Notes under the pieces: model-generated | The model's input: the letters and a program-made list of their open reading frames with translations, nothing else | Told to the model about the DNA's origin: nothing | The model's database searches: none | In this document: positions 29,892 through 38,910 of the stretch, in pieces | How the letters are laid out: the number at the start of each line of letters is the position of its first letter | Position numbering within the stretch: the stretch's first letter is position 1 | NCBI GenBank assembly: GCA_903839725.1 | Contig: CAIMDG010000003.1 | Coordinates: forward strand, 31,829 to 95,828 | DNA from: an uncultured bacterium | GTDB taxonomy: Bacteria > Patescibacteriota > Minisyncoccia > Phycocordibacterales > PALSA-1337 | Length of the DNA stretch: 64,000 nt | Direction of reading: 5' to 3' | Program-made: the position numbers and the translations under genes

Positions 29892-30413
29892 ATGAAGAAA
29901 ATTATTTCAGTAATATTTTTTTGTATAGGATGTATCGTCCTCTATTTTGTCGCGCAGCATCTGATAACTACTCGAGTAGTTCCACCACTCAATGAGTTTA
30001 TAGCAAGTAGTACTCCGATGATTGCATCATCTACTTCAAGTTCATTTTTTCCATCCATGAAAGTTGTGACGATTCATGCCTCTAGTTCAGAAATATATGC
30101 AGTGGTTGCTGATACTGACGCAAGTAGAGCACAGGGATTGAGTGGAATTGTTACATTACCAGATAAAAATGGCATGCTATTTACGTTTTCTAACCCAGGA
30201 ATGTATGGTTTCTGGATGAAAGACATGAATATTCCACTTGATATGGTTTGGATTGATGATGCAAAGAAAGTTATCAGTATTTCAGAGAATGTTGAACCAA
30301 AAACATTTCCAAAGTCATTCTATCCCGCATCTCCCGCTTCATATGTTCTTGAAATCAATGCACATAGTGCACAAAAATTTGGTATAGCCACAGGAACCAT
30401 ACTTTCTTTTTAA
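29892..30413 (+). CDS. DUF192 domain protein (exported)
   Basis: Signal/TM segment and a DUF192-like core (GMLFTFSNPGMYGFWMKDMNIPLDMVWID). Confidence 0.65.
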   Translation: MKKIISVIFFCIGCIVLYFVAQHLITTRVVPPLNEFIASSTPMIASSTSSSFFPSMKVVTIHASSSEIYAVVADTDASRAQGLSGIVTLPDKNGMLFTFSNPGMYGFWMKDMNIPLDMVWIDDAKKVISISENVEPKTFPKSFYPASPASYVLEINAHSAQKFGIATGTILSF

Positions 30414-30802
30414 TTTTTATTGATATTGTGTTACGTACGAATGTCTTAAATGCATCCACTTATTTTTTGTAATGAAAAATATGTGGATAAAGTTGTTTTT
30501 ATCAAACAATTCTCTGAAATGTAGTAAAAATATTTTTTGTCATTAGTATTTTTATAAAAATGTATCTCCGAAACACTAGAAAACACACCTTCGTACAGCG
30601 ACGCTCTTCACGGAATGTTTTTTTTACTTTAGAGTAGGGAAATATCTGTACATATGTCTTGTGAGTAGCATATCGACACGTTACAATGTAATTAAATACA
30701 TAATCTTTGTTGTCATCTCGAGCAGTTCGAATACATCAAAGCAAGTACACGTTCGATTATAAAAATTAGTAGCACTAAGAAACGCATCGCCTGCGTACTC
30801 AT

Positions 30803-33127
30803 ATGCCAAAGAAAAAGAAAACCGCTTCTGGAGCAGCGGCTAAGACTCCAACCATCCCCACGATTATAAAAAGAGACGGTCGTATCGTCCCATTTGATGC
30901 TGAAAAGATTGCTGTTGCCGTCTTGAAGGGCATGACTACAGTTGGCGAGGGAACTATTGATGACGCACGCATCGTTGCACAGCAAGTTTTTGCTGAACTT
31001 TTGCGTATCAAGCGTAAGTTCGACAACTTTGTTCCTACCGTTGAAGGTGTTCAGGATATTGTTGAACAAGAACTTATGCGTGCTGACTATGTGAAGACAG
31101 CAAAGCACTACGTGCTCTATCGTGAAGACCGTGCACAGCTCCGTGCAAAGGGCATTGAAGTTCCTGAGGCAGTTCGTAAGCTTGCTACTGATTCAAAAAA
31201 ATATTTTAGAAATGCACTTGGTGAATTTGTATACTATCGATCATATTCACGTTGGATAGATAGTGAGAGTCGCCGTGAGACATGGATTGAGACCGTCAAT
31301 CGCTACATGGAATTCATGAAAGAAAATCTCGGTGCCAAACTCAAGGATGCTGAATACAAAGAAGTTCGTGAAGCTATTTTGAAACAGGAGGCTATGCCAT
31401 CAATGCGTTTGCTCCAATTCGCAGGCAAGCCAGCTCGTGGAACAAATGTGTGTGCATATAACTGTTCATTCATTGCTCCAGAATCATTCCAGGATCTTGC
31501 AGAAGTTATGTACATCTCTATGTGCGGAACTGGTGCAGGATGGTCAGTTGAAAGTACCAACGTTGAAAAGTTTCCTCAGATACAAATGCAGACAGGTGAC
31601 AAACTTGGATTGCATGTGATTCCTGATAGCAAAGAAGGATGGGCAGATTCATTGGCAATCGGTATGACTGCGTGGGCAGCTGGCAAGGATGTTGAATTTG
31701 ATTTCTCACAACTCCGTCCTGAAGGTGCTCGCTTGAAGACTATGGGTGGCAAATCATCTGGCCCAGCTCCACTTATGCGCTTACTTTCATTTACTCGTCA
31801 AATCATGCTTGCTCGTCAAGGTAAGCGTCTCCGCACTATCGATCTTCATGATATCCTTTGTATGATCGGTGATTGCGTGGTTTCTGGAGGTGTACGTCGT
31901 AGTGCCATGATTTCTTTGTCAGATCTCGGTGATGAACAGATTCGTGATGCAAAGAAAGGTGCGTTCTACGTTACACACCCTCATCGTATGTTGGCCAATA
32001 ACTCAGCTGTATATATCAACAAGCCAACAAATGAAGAATTTTTGAAGGAGTGGATGGCTCTTGTTGAAAGTAGATCAGGTGAACGTGGTATTTTCAACCG
32101 CGGTTCTCTCGCAGCAACTCTTCCTGCACGTCGTATCAAGGCTCTCAAGGAATATAAGGGATACTTTGATCCATCAGGACAGCATATCGTCGGTCCCATC
32201 GGTACAAACCCTTGTGGTGAAATCATCTTGCAATCAAAGCAGTTCTGTAATCTTTCAGAGATAGTTGCACGTTCAACTGATACAGAGAAGTCACTTTTGA
32301 GAAAGATGCGTGTTGCAGCGATTCTCGGAACATATCAGTCGTCTCTTACGAATTTCCCCTATCTTTCAAAGGAATGGAAAGAACACTGTGAACGTGAACG
32401 TCTCCTCGGAGTCTCGATCACTGGTCAGTGGGATTCTCCTGCAGTTCGTAAGCCAGAAGTTATGCGCAAACTCCGTGATGAAGCTATCAAAGTTAACAAA
32501 GAATTTGCAAAGCGTTTTGGTATCGGAGAGTCAACAGCGATCACATGTGTGAAGCCATCAGGAACATTGTCACAAACAGTTGATTGTTCGTCTGGTATGC
32601 ACCCACGTCACTCAAAGTATTACATCAGACGTGTTCGTATCTCAGCGACGGATTCTCTTTTCAGAATGCTCAAGGACCAAGGTGTTCCATATCACCCAGA
32701 AGTTGGTCAGAATGCAGATACTGCTACGACATATGTTCTTGAATTCCCAGTGATGGCTCCAAGTGGTTCAATATTCCGTGATGACCTCTCAGGTATCGAG
32801 CAACTCGAATACTGGAAGATGGTGAAGGAAAATTATACAGAACACAATCCTTCTATCACTATCTCTGTTGGTAATGATGAATGGATAGAAGTTGCAAACT
32901 GGGTGTACAAGAATTGGGATATTGTTGGTGGTCTTTCATTCTTGCCTCGTGAAGATACGGTTTACAAGCTCGCTCCATATGAATCAATCGACGAGAAGAC
33001 ATTCAAGGAACTCTCAAAGCGTATGGAACATGTTGATTACTCAAAGATCATTACCTACGAGAAGCAAAATGAAACTGATCTCAAGAAAGAGTTGGCGTGT
33101 GCGGGTGGGGTTTGTGAGATAGTGTAG
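30803..33127 (+). CDS. nrdJ: Adenosylcobalamin-dependent (class II) ribonucleotide reductase with an N-terminal ATP-cone
   Basis: ATP-cone (IIKRDGRIVPFDAEKIAVAV), the active-site region (CAYNCSF, NPCGEI) and the C-terminal thiol pair CAGGVCEIV. 774 aa. Confidence 0.8.
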   Translation: MPKKKKTASGAAAKTPTIPTIIKRDGRIVPFDAEKIAVAVLKGMTTVGEGTIDDARIVAQQVFAELLRIKRKFDNFVPTVEGVQDIVEQELMRADYVKTAKHYVLYREDRAQLRAKGIEVPEAVRKLATDSKKYFRNALGEFVYYRSYSRWIDSESRRETWIETVNRYMEFMKENLGAKLKDAEYKEVREAILKQEAMPSMRLLQFAGKPARGTNVCAYNCSFIAPESFQDLAEVMYISMCGTGAGWSVESTNVEKFPQIQMQTGDKLGLHVIPDSKEGWADSLAIGMTAWAAGKDVEFDFSQLRPEGARLKTMGGKSSGPAPLMRLLSFTRQIMLARQGKRLRTIDLHDILCMIGDCVVSGGVRRSAMISLSDLGDEQIRDAKKGAFYVTHPHRMLANNSAVYINKPTNEEFLKEWMALVESRSGERGIFNRGSLAATLPARRIKALKEYKGYFDPSGQHIVGPIGTNPCGEIILQSKQFCNLSEIVARSTDTEKSLLRKMRVAAILGTYQSSLTNFPYLSKEWKEHCERERLLGVSITGQWDSPAVRKPEVMRKLRDEAIKVNKEFAKRFGIGESTAITCVKPSGTLSQTVDCSSGMHPRHSKYYIRRVRISATDSLFRMLKDQGVPYHPEVGQNADTATTYVLEFPVMAPSGSIFRDDLSGIEQLEYWKMVKENYTEHNPSITISVGNDEWIEVANWVYKNWDIVGGLSFLPREDTVYKLAPYESIDEKTFKELSKRMEHVDYSKIITYEKQNETDLKKELACAGGVCEIV

Positions 33128-33140
33128 GCGTTGGAAATAT

Positions 33141-33166
33141 AAAATCCCCCTTTAAAGGGGGATTTT
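33141..33166. terminator. Bidirectional terminator (perfect 13-bp palindrome AAAATCCCCCTTT/AAAGGGGGATTTT)
   Basis: Directly after the nrdJ stop. Confidence 0.65.
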
Positions 33167-33233
33167 GTATTGTAGGGGAGTGATTGACATTGAAAGCCTA
33201 AAACTATACTGTTTCCTTAGATCCCTAACAATT

Positions 33234-33776
33234 ATGAAAAAATCAAAAGCTCTCATACTACCGGTTATCACACTTGGCCACCCGACTCTTCGCAAGGTAG
33301 CGAAGAAAGTCAAAAATCCACTCAGCTCTGAAATTCAAGAATTTATTCCGAGCCTGGTTGCTACGATCAATAGCTTCGGGGGAGTTGGCATCGCCGCACC
33401 GCAAGTTAATCGATCACTTCGGATCATTGTGGTTGCCTCAAAGCCGGTGCCACGATATCCGAATGCTCCTCTGATGACGCCGACGGTTATGATCAACCCG
33501 GTTATCGCCAAACGTTCTTCTCGACTCGTCAAAGATTGGGAAGGATGCGGGTCTCTCCTCGGTGTTCGAGCCTTGATTCCACGGTATGTTTGGATTGATG
33601 TATCATATCTTGATCAAGGTGGCCGGCCTCAACAGGTGCGCTTGCAAGATTTTCCGGCGCGTATTGCCCAACACGAGATTGACCATTTGGACGGAATTAT
33701 GTTCGTCGACGGAGTTGCTTCCTCGAAGCTCGTTGCTGATCAGTATTTTCAGGAAGTTATTCTCAAGAAGAAATAA
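33234..33776 (+). CDS. def: Peptide deformylase
   Basis: The three Def motifs: GIAAPQV, EGCGSLLG, HEIDHLDG. Confidence 0.9.
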   Translation: MKKSKALILPVITLGHPTLRKVAKKVKNPLSSEIQEFIPSLVATINSFGGVGIAAPQVNRSLRIIVVASKPVPRYPNAPLMTPTVMINPVIAKRSSRLVKDWEGCGSLLGVRALIPRYVWIDVSYLDQGGRPQQVRLQDFPARIAQHEIDHLDGIMFVDGVASSKLVADQYFQEVILKKK

Positions 33777-33796
33777 GCGACCGCTATCCCTTTCAA

Positions 33797-33823
33797 GCCG
33801 ACCATGTTCATGGTCGGCTTTTC
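33797..33823 (+). terminator. Rho-independent terminator after def
   Basis: AAGCCGACCATG-TTC-ATGGTCGGCTT followed by TTCTTATTT. Confidence 0.65.
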
Positions 33824-33848
33824 TTATTTGAGACTTAATTTCTAAATA

Positions 33849-33877
33849 TTGTCAACATTCATTCCGTATGGTATTAT
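33849..33877 (+). promoter_or_regulatory. Sigma-70-like promoter TTGTCA-17-TATTAT for rnpB
   Basis: Read directly; ~8 nt upstream of the inferred RNase P RNA 5' end. Confidence 0.5.
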
Positions 33878-33885
33878 ATATGCTG

Positions 33886-34200
33886 TCGTATAGACAACTG
33901 CGTTCATCTTCGGATGAATGAGGAAAGTCCGAACACCGGCAAAATTTATTTTGCAGAAGGGTAGCGGGTAATTCCCGTCTGGGCAATCCACGAGGTGCGA
34001 ACAGTGACGCCTAAGTCGAAAGGCAAAGGCTCCGTCGCAAGACGGATGAATCTCATGGCAACATGAGGGTGCAACGGCTAAATCCTTACTTCGGTGCAAG
34101 ATCGTGCTCATCGCAAGATGAGAGAATCGCTTGAGGTGTGTGGTAACGCACATCCTAGATAAATGGTTGTCTTCAACAGAATTCGGCTTATGTACGACGA
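33886..34200 (+). ncRNA. rnpB: RNase P RNA (bacterial type A, compact)
   Basis: The universally conserved P4 strands are present: GAGGAAAGTCCG (33920-33931) and ACAGAATTCGGCTTAT (34176-34191). P1 pairing GTCGTAT...ATGTACGAC. Preceded by a promoter and followed by a terminator. The antisense track ORF 33842..34153 is an artefact. Confidence 0.85.
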
Positions 34201-34204
34201 CATG

Positions 34205-34236
34205 TTAACACCCCGCGATGAGCGGGGTGTTTTCTG
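34205..34236 (+). terminator. Rho-independent terminator after rnpB
   Basis: ACACCCCGC-GATGA-GCGGGGTGT followed by TTTCT. Confidence 0.65.
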
Positions 34237-34317
34237 TATCTATTTTGAGATACGGCTTTTATTTCTTGGTTCTTGTATAGAAGGTAAGGTATAATACAGC
34301 TTCAAATAACAGAGCAT

Positions 34318-35997
34318 ATGGTAAAAAAATGGTTTGCAACTATTGGTAAAGAAATACGAGGCCTTCATGAGGCTGCATACCTTCTCGCTATTTTCGCATT
34401 CCTTTCACAAATATTGGCTTTGGTACGCGACAAACTTCTCGCATTTTACTTTGGTGCAGGACATTCACTTGATGTGTATTATGCTTCATTCCGAATCCCT
34501 GATTTGATTTTCGTATCTGTCGGTTCACTTGTTTCCGCCTCGATCTTGTTGCCGTACTTCATTCAACGTTTTGAAAGTGGTAAAGAGCAAGGTGTTTCAT
34601 TTTCAAATAGTATATTCAGTATATTTTTTGGGCTGATGGTTATTGTGAGTGGACTTGCATATGTTCTGGCACCATGGCTCGTCCCTCATCTCGTTCCTGG
34701 TTTTGCCAACGATAGTGCTTTACCAGAGTTGATACTTTCAATGAGAATTATGCTCTTGTCACCATTCTTCTTGGGACTTTCAAATCTTTTTTCGAGTCTG
34801 ACACAGATGAATCACCGCTTCTTGGTATATGCAGCAAGTCCTGTTGTATATAACGTTGGTATCATTGTTGGTGTTATATTCCTGTATCCACTATTCGGTA
34901 CACACGGTTTAGCTATCGGTGTGGCACTCGGTGCATTCTTGCACATGATCATTCAAGTTCCTTTTATCATGAGTGAACGTTTGATGCCTCGTCTCACTAC
35001 TGTTATTCACTGGGTTGATGTAAAGAATATTGTTTTCACTGCGCTACCACGTATGATCACATTGTCAGCAAATCAAATCGCTTCGTTCGTATTGGTATCT
35101 CTCGCATCACTTATGACAGTCGGTTCTATTTCAATATTTACATTCGCCTTCAATCTTCAAGCGTTTCCGATGACAATTATTGGAGTGAGTTATTCATCCG
35201 CTGTATTTCCGACATTGTCACGTCTGTATGTGAAGGGAAATTTGCAAGAATTTCTTTCAAAAATGATTGCTTCAGCACAGCATATTATTTTTTGGTCAAT
35301 GCCGATTTCAATTTTGTTTATTGTATTGCGTGCGCAAATTGTTCGAACCGTCTTGGGTGCAGGTAAGTTTGATTGGGCTGATACTCGTCTAACCGCTGCG
35401 ACATTTGCACTTTTTACCATTTCTACTATAGGACAGAGTCTTATTATTTTATTTGTTCGTGCATTTTATGCAGAAGGTAAGACCGCACGGCCTTTGTATA
35501 TCAACGCATTGTCGGCGACCGTTATTGTAGGTTCAGGATATTTTCTCACGAAAGCATTTTACCTTTACCCAACATTTAGATATTTCCTTGAAGATTTATT
35601 GAAGGTTGATGGTCAGAGTGGTACAGCAGTTCTTGTACTCGCATTGGCGTATACAATTGGTGTTATACTCAACCTCATTCTTCATTGGTGGATGTTTGAA
35701 CGTACGTACAGAGGATTTACCAGACCCGTTCTTTCTACGATGTTCCACAGTTTCTCAGCTTCGGTCATTATGGGATATGCGGCATTCTTATCACTTCGTA
35801 TTTTTGCGGGAATATTTCCGCTTACCAAGGTGTGGGGAATATTCTTGCAAGGTTTTTGTTCGGGAATTATTGGTTTGATTGTACTTGTGTTGGTATTAGT
35901 TATCTTACAAAACAAAGAGTTGTTGGTTGTATGGAAAACACTTCACAGTAAGATTTGGAAGGCGAGTGTTCCTCCTGCGGAAGTTGAGCACCTCTAG
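34318..35997 (+). CDS. murJ: Lipid II flippase MurJ (MviN family)
   Basis: ~14 TM helices; N-terminal LVRDKLLAFYFGAGHSLDVYYASFRIPD is typical of MurJ. Confidence 0.85.
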   Translation: MVKKWFATIGKEIRGLHEAAYLLAIFAFLSQILALVRDKLLAFYFGAGHSLDVYYASFRIPDLIFVSVGSLVSASILLPYFIQRFESGKEQGVSFSNSIFSIFFGLMVIVSGLAYVLAPWLVPHLVPGFANDSALPELILSMRIMLLSPFFLGLSNLFSSLTQMNHRFLVYAASPVVYNVGIIVGVIFLYPLFGTHGLAIGVALGAFLHMIIQVPFIMSERLMPRLTTVIHWVDVKNIVFTALPRMITLSANQIASFVLVSLASLMTVGSISIFTFAFNLQAFPMTIIGVSYSSAVFPTLSRLYVKGNLQEFLSKMIASAQHIIFWSMPISILFIVLRAQIVRTVLGAGKFDWADTRLTAATFALFTISTIGQSLIILFVRAFYAEGKTARPLYINALSATVIVGSGYFLTKAFYLYPTFRYFLEDLLKVDGQSGTAVLVLALAYTIGVILNLILHWWMFERTYRGFTRPVLSTMFHSFSASVIMGYAAFLSLRIFAGIFPLTKVWGIFLQGFCSGIIGLIVLVLVLVILQNKELLVVWKTLHSKIWKASVPPAEVEHL

Positions 35998-36071
35998 TGT
36001 CATCGTTATGTATTCTCGGTTACCGTCTGCATGTTGGTAAAAACCCTTATTTCTGCTATATTCTCTACACA

Positions 36072-37868
36072 ATGAACCCAGAGCATATACGTAACTTCTC
36101 TATCATCGCCCACATCGATCACGGCAAGTCCACACTTGCTGATCGTTTGCTTGAAATAACAGGTACTATTGAGAAGCGTAAGATGCAAGAACAGGTTCTC
36201 GATTCTATGGAATTGGAGCGTGAACGTGGCATCACTATCAAGATGCAGCCGGTGCGTATGAAGTATAAGCTCAATGGTCAAGAATATATTTTGAACTTGA
36301 TCGATACACCAGGTCATATCGATTTTTCATATGAAGTCTCACGATCTCTCAAAGCTGTTGAAGGTTCTATTTTGCTGGTTGACGCTACTCAAGGTGTTCA
36401 AGCACAAACACTTACAACATTGAACATGGCTCGTGAAGCAGGGCTCAAGATTATTCCAACAGTCAGTAAGATCGATTCTCCATTGGCCCGTACCGAAGAA
36501 GTCATTCATGAAGTGTGTCAGTTGCTCGAATGTTCACCAGAAGAAGTGTTGAGAGTTTCTGGTAAAACAGGTGAAGGTGTCGACACATTGCTTGCTGAAG
36601 TTATTAAGCGTGTACCGCCACCAAGTTCTCCAGATGTAACGAAAGAATTTCGTTCTCTCATTTTTGATTTCCAATACTCGAACCATACTGGTGTCATTGT
36701 GTATATTCGTGTCATGAATGGATCGGTTAAACGTCACGATAAGCTCATATTCAAGATTTCTGAACGAACATTCGAATCTATTGAAGTCGGTATATTCTCG
36801 CCAGACAATATCCCCATGGAATCACTTTCAGCTGGTGAGATTGGCTATATTGTCACAGGAATAAAAGAGCCCGGTGTTGCTTCGGTTGGAGACACTGTTG
36901 CAAGTTTGCGCGATACCATTCCTGCACTTCCTGGATACAAGAGTCCACGACCAGTCGTGTGGGCTTCAATATATCCTGAAAGTCAGGATGATCTTACGTT
37001 ACTCCGCCAGGCGCTCGGACGACTTCGTTTGTCTGATTCATCGTTTACCTACGAAGAAGAATCTTCAGGCACACTCGGTAAAGGATTCCGTTGCGGCTTC
37101 CTCGGTATGCTCCACATGGAAATTATTACTGAACGTTTGCATCGTGAATTTAATCTCGATCTTGTGGTTACATCTCCAAGTATTACTTATGTTGTGGAGC
37201 TCAAAAATGAAAAGAAGGTTACCGTATATTCTCCCGCACTTTTTCCTGATGACGGTGATATCAAGAGTGTCTCTGAACCGATGGTTACCATGAAGATCAT
37301 TACGCCGCCGGCATATTTGAGTGGCATGATGAAAGCATTGTATGAACATGAAGGTGAAGTGCTTGGTACAGAAAACTTTGGTGATAATCGCACCATGCTC
37401 ACACTTTCTATGCCACTCCGTGAATTGATGCGCAACTTCTTCGATGAAGCAAAAAGTATTTCTTCTGGCTATGCATCTATTTCATATGACATTACCGAGA
37501 ATCGTAAAGCGGACGTGGTACGTGTTGATATTCTGGTCGCCGATGAACCAGTTGTCGCATTTACTCGTGTGATCTCACGACGCCGTGTCGAACAAGAAGC
37601 TGAGCAAGTTGTTGAAAAGTTGTATCAAATATTACCTCGTGAATTGTTTAGTTTCAAAGTTCAAGCCAAAGCATTGGGTCGTATCATTTCTTCACGCACT
37701 GTTTCTGGAAAGAGAAAAGATGCTGCAGGAACTCTTTCTGGTGGAGATATTACACGCAAAATGAAACTACGCGAAAAGCAGAAGGAGGGTCGCAAGCGTT
37801 TGAAGGAACATGGATCAGTTAATATTCCTCAAGAAGTATTTGTGAAGATGATGAGAAGTGGAGAGTAG
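36072..37868 (+). CDS. lepA: Elongation factor 4
   Basis: IRNFSIIAHIDHGKSTLADRLL, DTPGHIDF, and the LepA C-terminal domain. The track ORF begins upstream at 35997. Confidence 0.95.
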   Translation: MNPEHIRNFSIIAHIDHGKSTLADRLLEITGTIEKRKMQEQVLDSMELERERGITIKMQPVRMKYKLNGQEYILNLIDTPGHIDFSYEVSRSLKAVEGSILLVDATQGVQAQTLTTLNMAREAGLKIIPTVSKIDSPLARTEEVIHEVCQLLECSPEEVLRVSGKTGEGVDTLLAEVIKRVPPPSSPDVTKEFRSLIFDFQYSNHTGVIVYIRVMNGSVKRHDKLIFKISERTFESIEVGIFSPDNIPMESLSAGEIGYIVTGIKEPGVASVGDTVASLRDTIPALPGYKSPRPVVWASIYPESQDDLTLLRQALGRLRLSDSSFTYEEESSGTLGKGFRCGFLGMLHMEIITERLHREFNLDLVVTSPSITYVVELKNEKKVTVYSPALFPDDGDIKSVSEPMVTMKIITPPAYLSGMMKALYEHEGEVLGTENFGDNRTMLTLSMPLRELMRNFFDEAKSISSGYASISYDITENRKADVVRVDILVADEPVVAFTRVISRRRVEQEAEQVVEKLYQILPRELFSFKVQAKALGRIISSRTVSGKRKDAAGTLSGGDITRKMKLREKQKEGRKRLKEHGSVNIPQEVFVKMMRSGE

Positions 37869-37886
37869 AGATAGTGAAAAATGAAA

Positions 37887-37940
37887 AGTGCAAAGTTAAA
37901 AGTTCAGCCACAGATGTGGCTGAACTTTTAACTTTGCACT
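37887..37940. repeat. 26-bp-arm near-perfect palindrome directly after the lepA stop (possible very long terminator hairpin)
   Basis: AGTGCAAAGTTAAAAGTTCAGCCACA with its reverse complement TGTGGCTGAACTTTTAACTTTGCACT, centred near 37913. Confidence 0.6.
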
Positions 37941-38095
37941 ATAAACTTTTAACTATTTTACTATCTCCAAATAGCAGGGAAATAGAGCAATATCATACTG
38001 ATAATAACGAGCACTGCAATCACGGTGAATCCTACACCTGCGAACTTTCTTGTTTTTTCATGAAATAACATAATAAATCTAGTATACTGTGAGAT

Positions 38096-38479
38096 ATGAA
38101 ATACGGCAACCGTCCTCTATGGCAACGAATAGTACGATCACCACTTATGATGATTGTTGCAATTGTATTGTTTGTCATTCTTGCGAAGGCTGCATGGAAT
38201 ATTCATGAAAAGGCGGCATTGAGTGGTGCACGTTTGGAACAGGCTCATAATGAATTGTTGAAGTTACAAGCTCGACAACAGGATCTTTCGGGTAAAGTTG
38301 CTTTCCTATCGACTGATCAAGGTGTTGAATCAGAGCTCCGTACTAAGTATTTGGCTGTGAAAGACGATGAATCAGTTGCAGTTATTACGGATCCAGATGT
38401 TAGTACGACGAGTACAAGTACTCCTGTAGTTATGCAGGAAGGTTGGTTTACGAGATTCTTGCACGCGCTGGGTCTGTAG
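38096..38479 (+). CDS. FtsB/DivIC-like septum formation initiator (N-terminal TM plus coiled coil)
   Basis: TM helix followed by a leucine-zipper-like coiled coil (LEQAHNELLKLQARQQDL) and the DivIC-family tail motif ELRTKYLAVKDDESVAV. Confidence 0.5.
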   Translation: MKYGNRPLWQRIVRSPLMMIVAIVLFVILAKAAWNIHEKAALSGARLEQAHNELLKLQARQQDLSGKVAFLSTDQGVESELRTKYLAVKDDESVAVITDPDVSTTSTSTPVVMQEGWFTRFLHALGL

Positions 38480-38614
38480 AGGTAAGATATGAGAAAATTT
38501 TGGTCTCGATGTGGGTCTGAAGTACGTTAGAATGTAGAAAAATTCTGGTCTCGATTTAGCTTTGGCTACGCCAAAGCTAAATCTCGATCCGAATTTTCTT
38601 AGGAGAGAAAATTC
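38470..38614 (+). promoter_or_regulatory. tRNA leader module copy 1: tandem ~42-nt repeat each ending AAAATT(T/C)TGGTCTCGAT, a 13-bp hairpin (loop TAC), CTCGATCCGAATTTT, then AAATTC immediately 5' of tRNA-Gly
   Basis: Read directly. The same ordered modules recur upstream of tRNA-Thr at 53321-53429. Confidence 0.6.
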
Positions 38615-38685
38615 GCGGGTGTGGTTTAGTGGCAGGACGCGACCTTCCCAAGGTTGAGGCCCGAGTTCGATTCTCGGCACCCGCA
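38615..38685 (+). tRNA. tRNA-Gly (anticodon CCC)
   Basis: Cloverleaf by hand. Acceptor GCGGGTG/CACCCGC, anticodon stem CGACC/GGTTG with loop TTCCCAA, T-arm CCGAG-TTCGATT-CTCGG, discriminator A. CCA is not encoded. Confidence 0.9.
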
Positions 38686-38862
38686 CAATGATCCGTAAGG
38701 ACTGCTAAACGCAGTCCGAGCGGAGCATCATTGCGACGAGGTGCCGAGAATCGAACGCCGGAACGTGCGAGCTCTAGCAAGAGCGAGCCGTGAGGCGGTG
38801 CCCAGACCGAGCCGAACTGGTGAGGCGAGAGTCGCGGGCGATTCTCGGCACCCGCACACAAA
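38686..38862. repeat. GC-rich ~150-bp segment carrying an inverted copy (38730-38746) and a direct 20-nt copy (38843-38862, CGATTCTCGGCACCCGCACA) of the tRNA-Gly T-arm/3' end. It looks like an att site or integration/excision scar, or a tRNA-derived MITE
   Basis: Read directly. GC ~60% against a ~38% background. The antisense track ORFs 38372..38686 and 38577..38873 are artefacts. Confidence 0.5.
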
Positions 38863-38863
38863 A

Positions 38864-38893
38864 AGAAAGGCATAAGCCTTTCTTTTTTGTGCT
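38864..38893. terminator. Bidirectional terminator (perfect 11-bp stem AAAAGAAAGGC-ATAA-GCCTTTCTTTT)
   Basis: Lies between the tRNA region and the convergent nrdH-like gene. Confidence 0.7.
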
Positions 38894-38910
38894 TACACTT
38901 TTTGCAATTC

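Noticed and set aside
30414-30802. A cobalamin riboswitch upstream of the B12-dependent RNR.
   Set aside because: I could not find the B12-box consensus or the paired GC-rich stems of the cobalamin riboswitch in this AT-rich spacer.
33842-34153. Minus-strand ORF (103 aa) called in the track.
   Set aside because: It lies antisense within the RNase P RNA gene identified by its P4 consensus strands.
38372-38873. Minus-strand track ORFs 38372..38686 and 38577..38873, and a possible second minus-strand tRNA around 38725-38750.
   Set aside because: The ORFs run antisense through tRNA-Gly and the GC-rich att-like segment. The minus-strand tRNA-like fragment has only a T-arm/acceptor match, and no D or anticodon arm can be folded.
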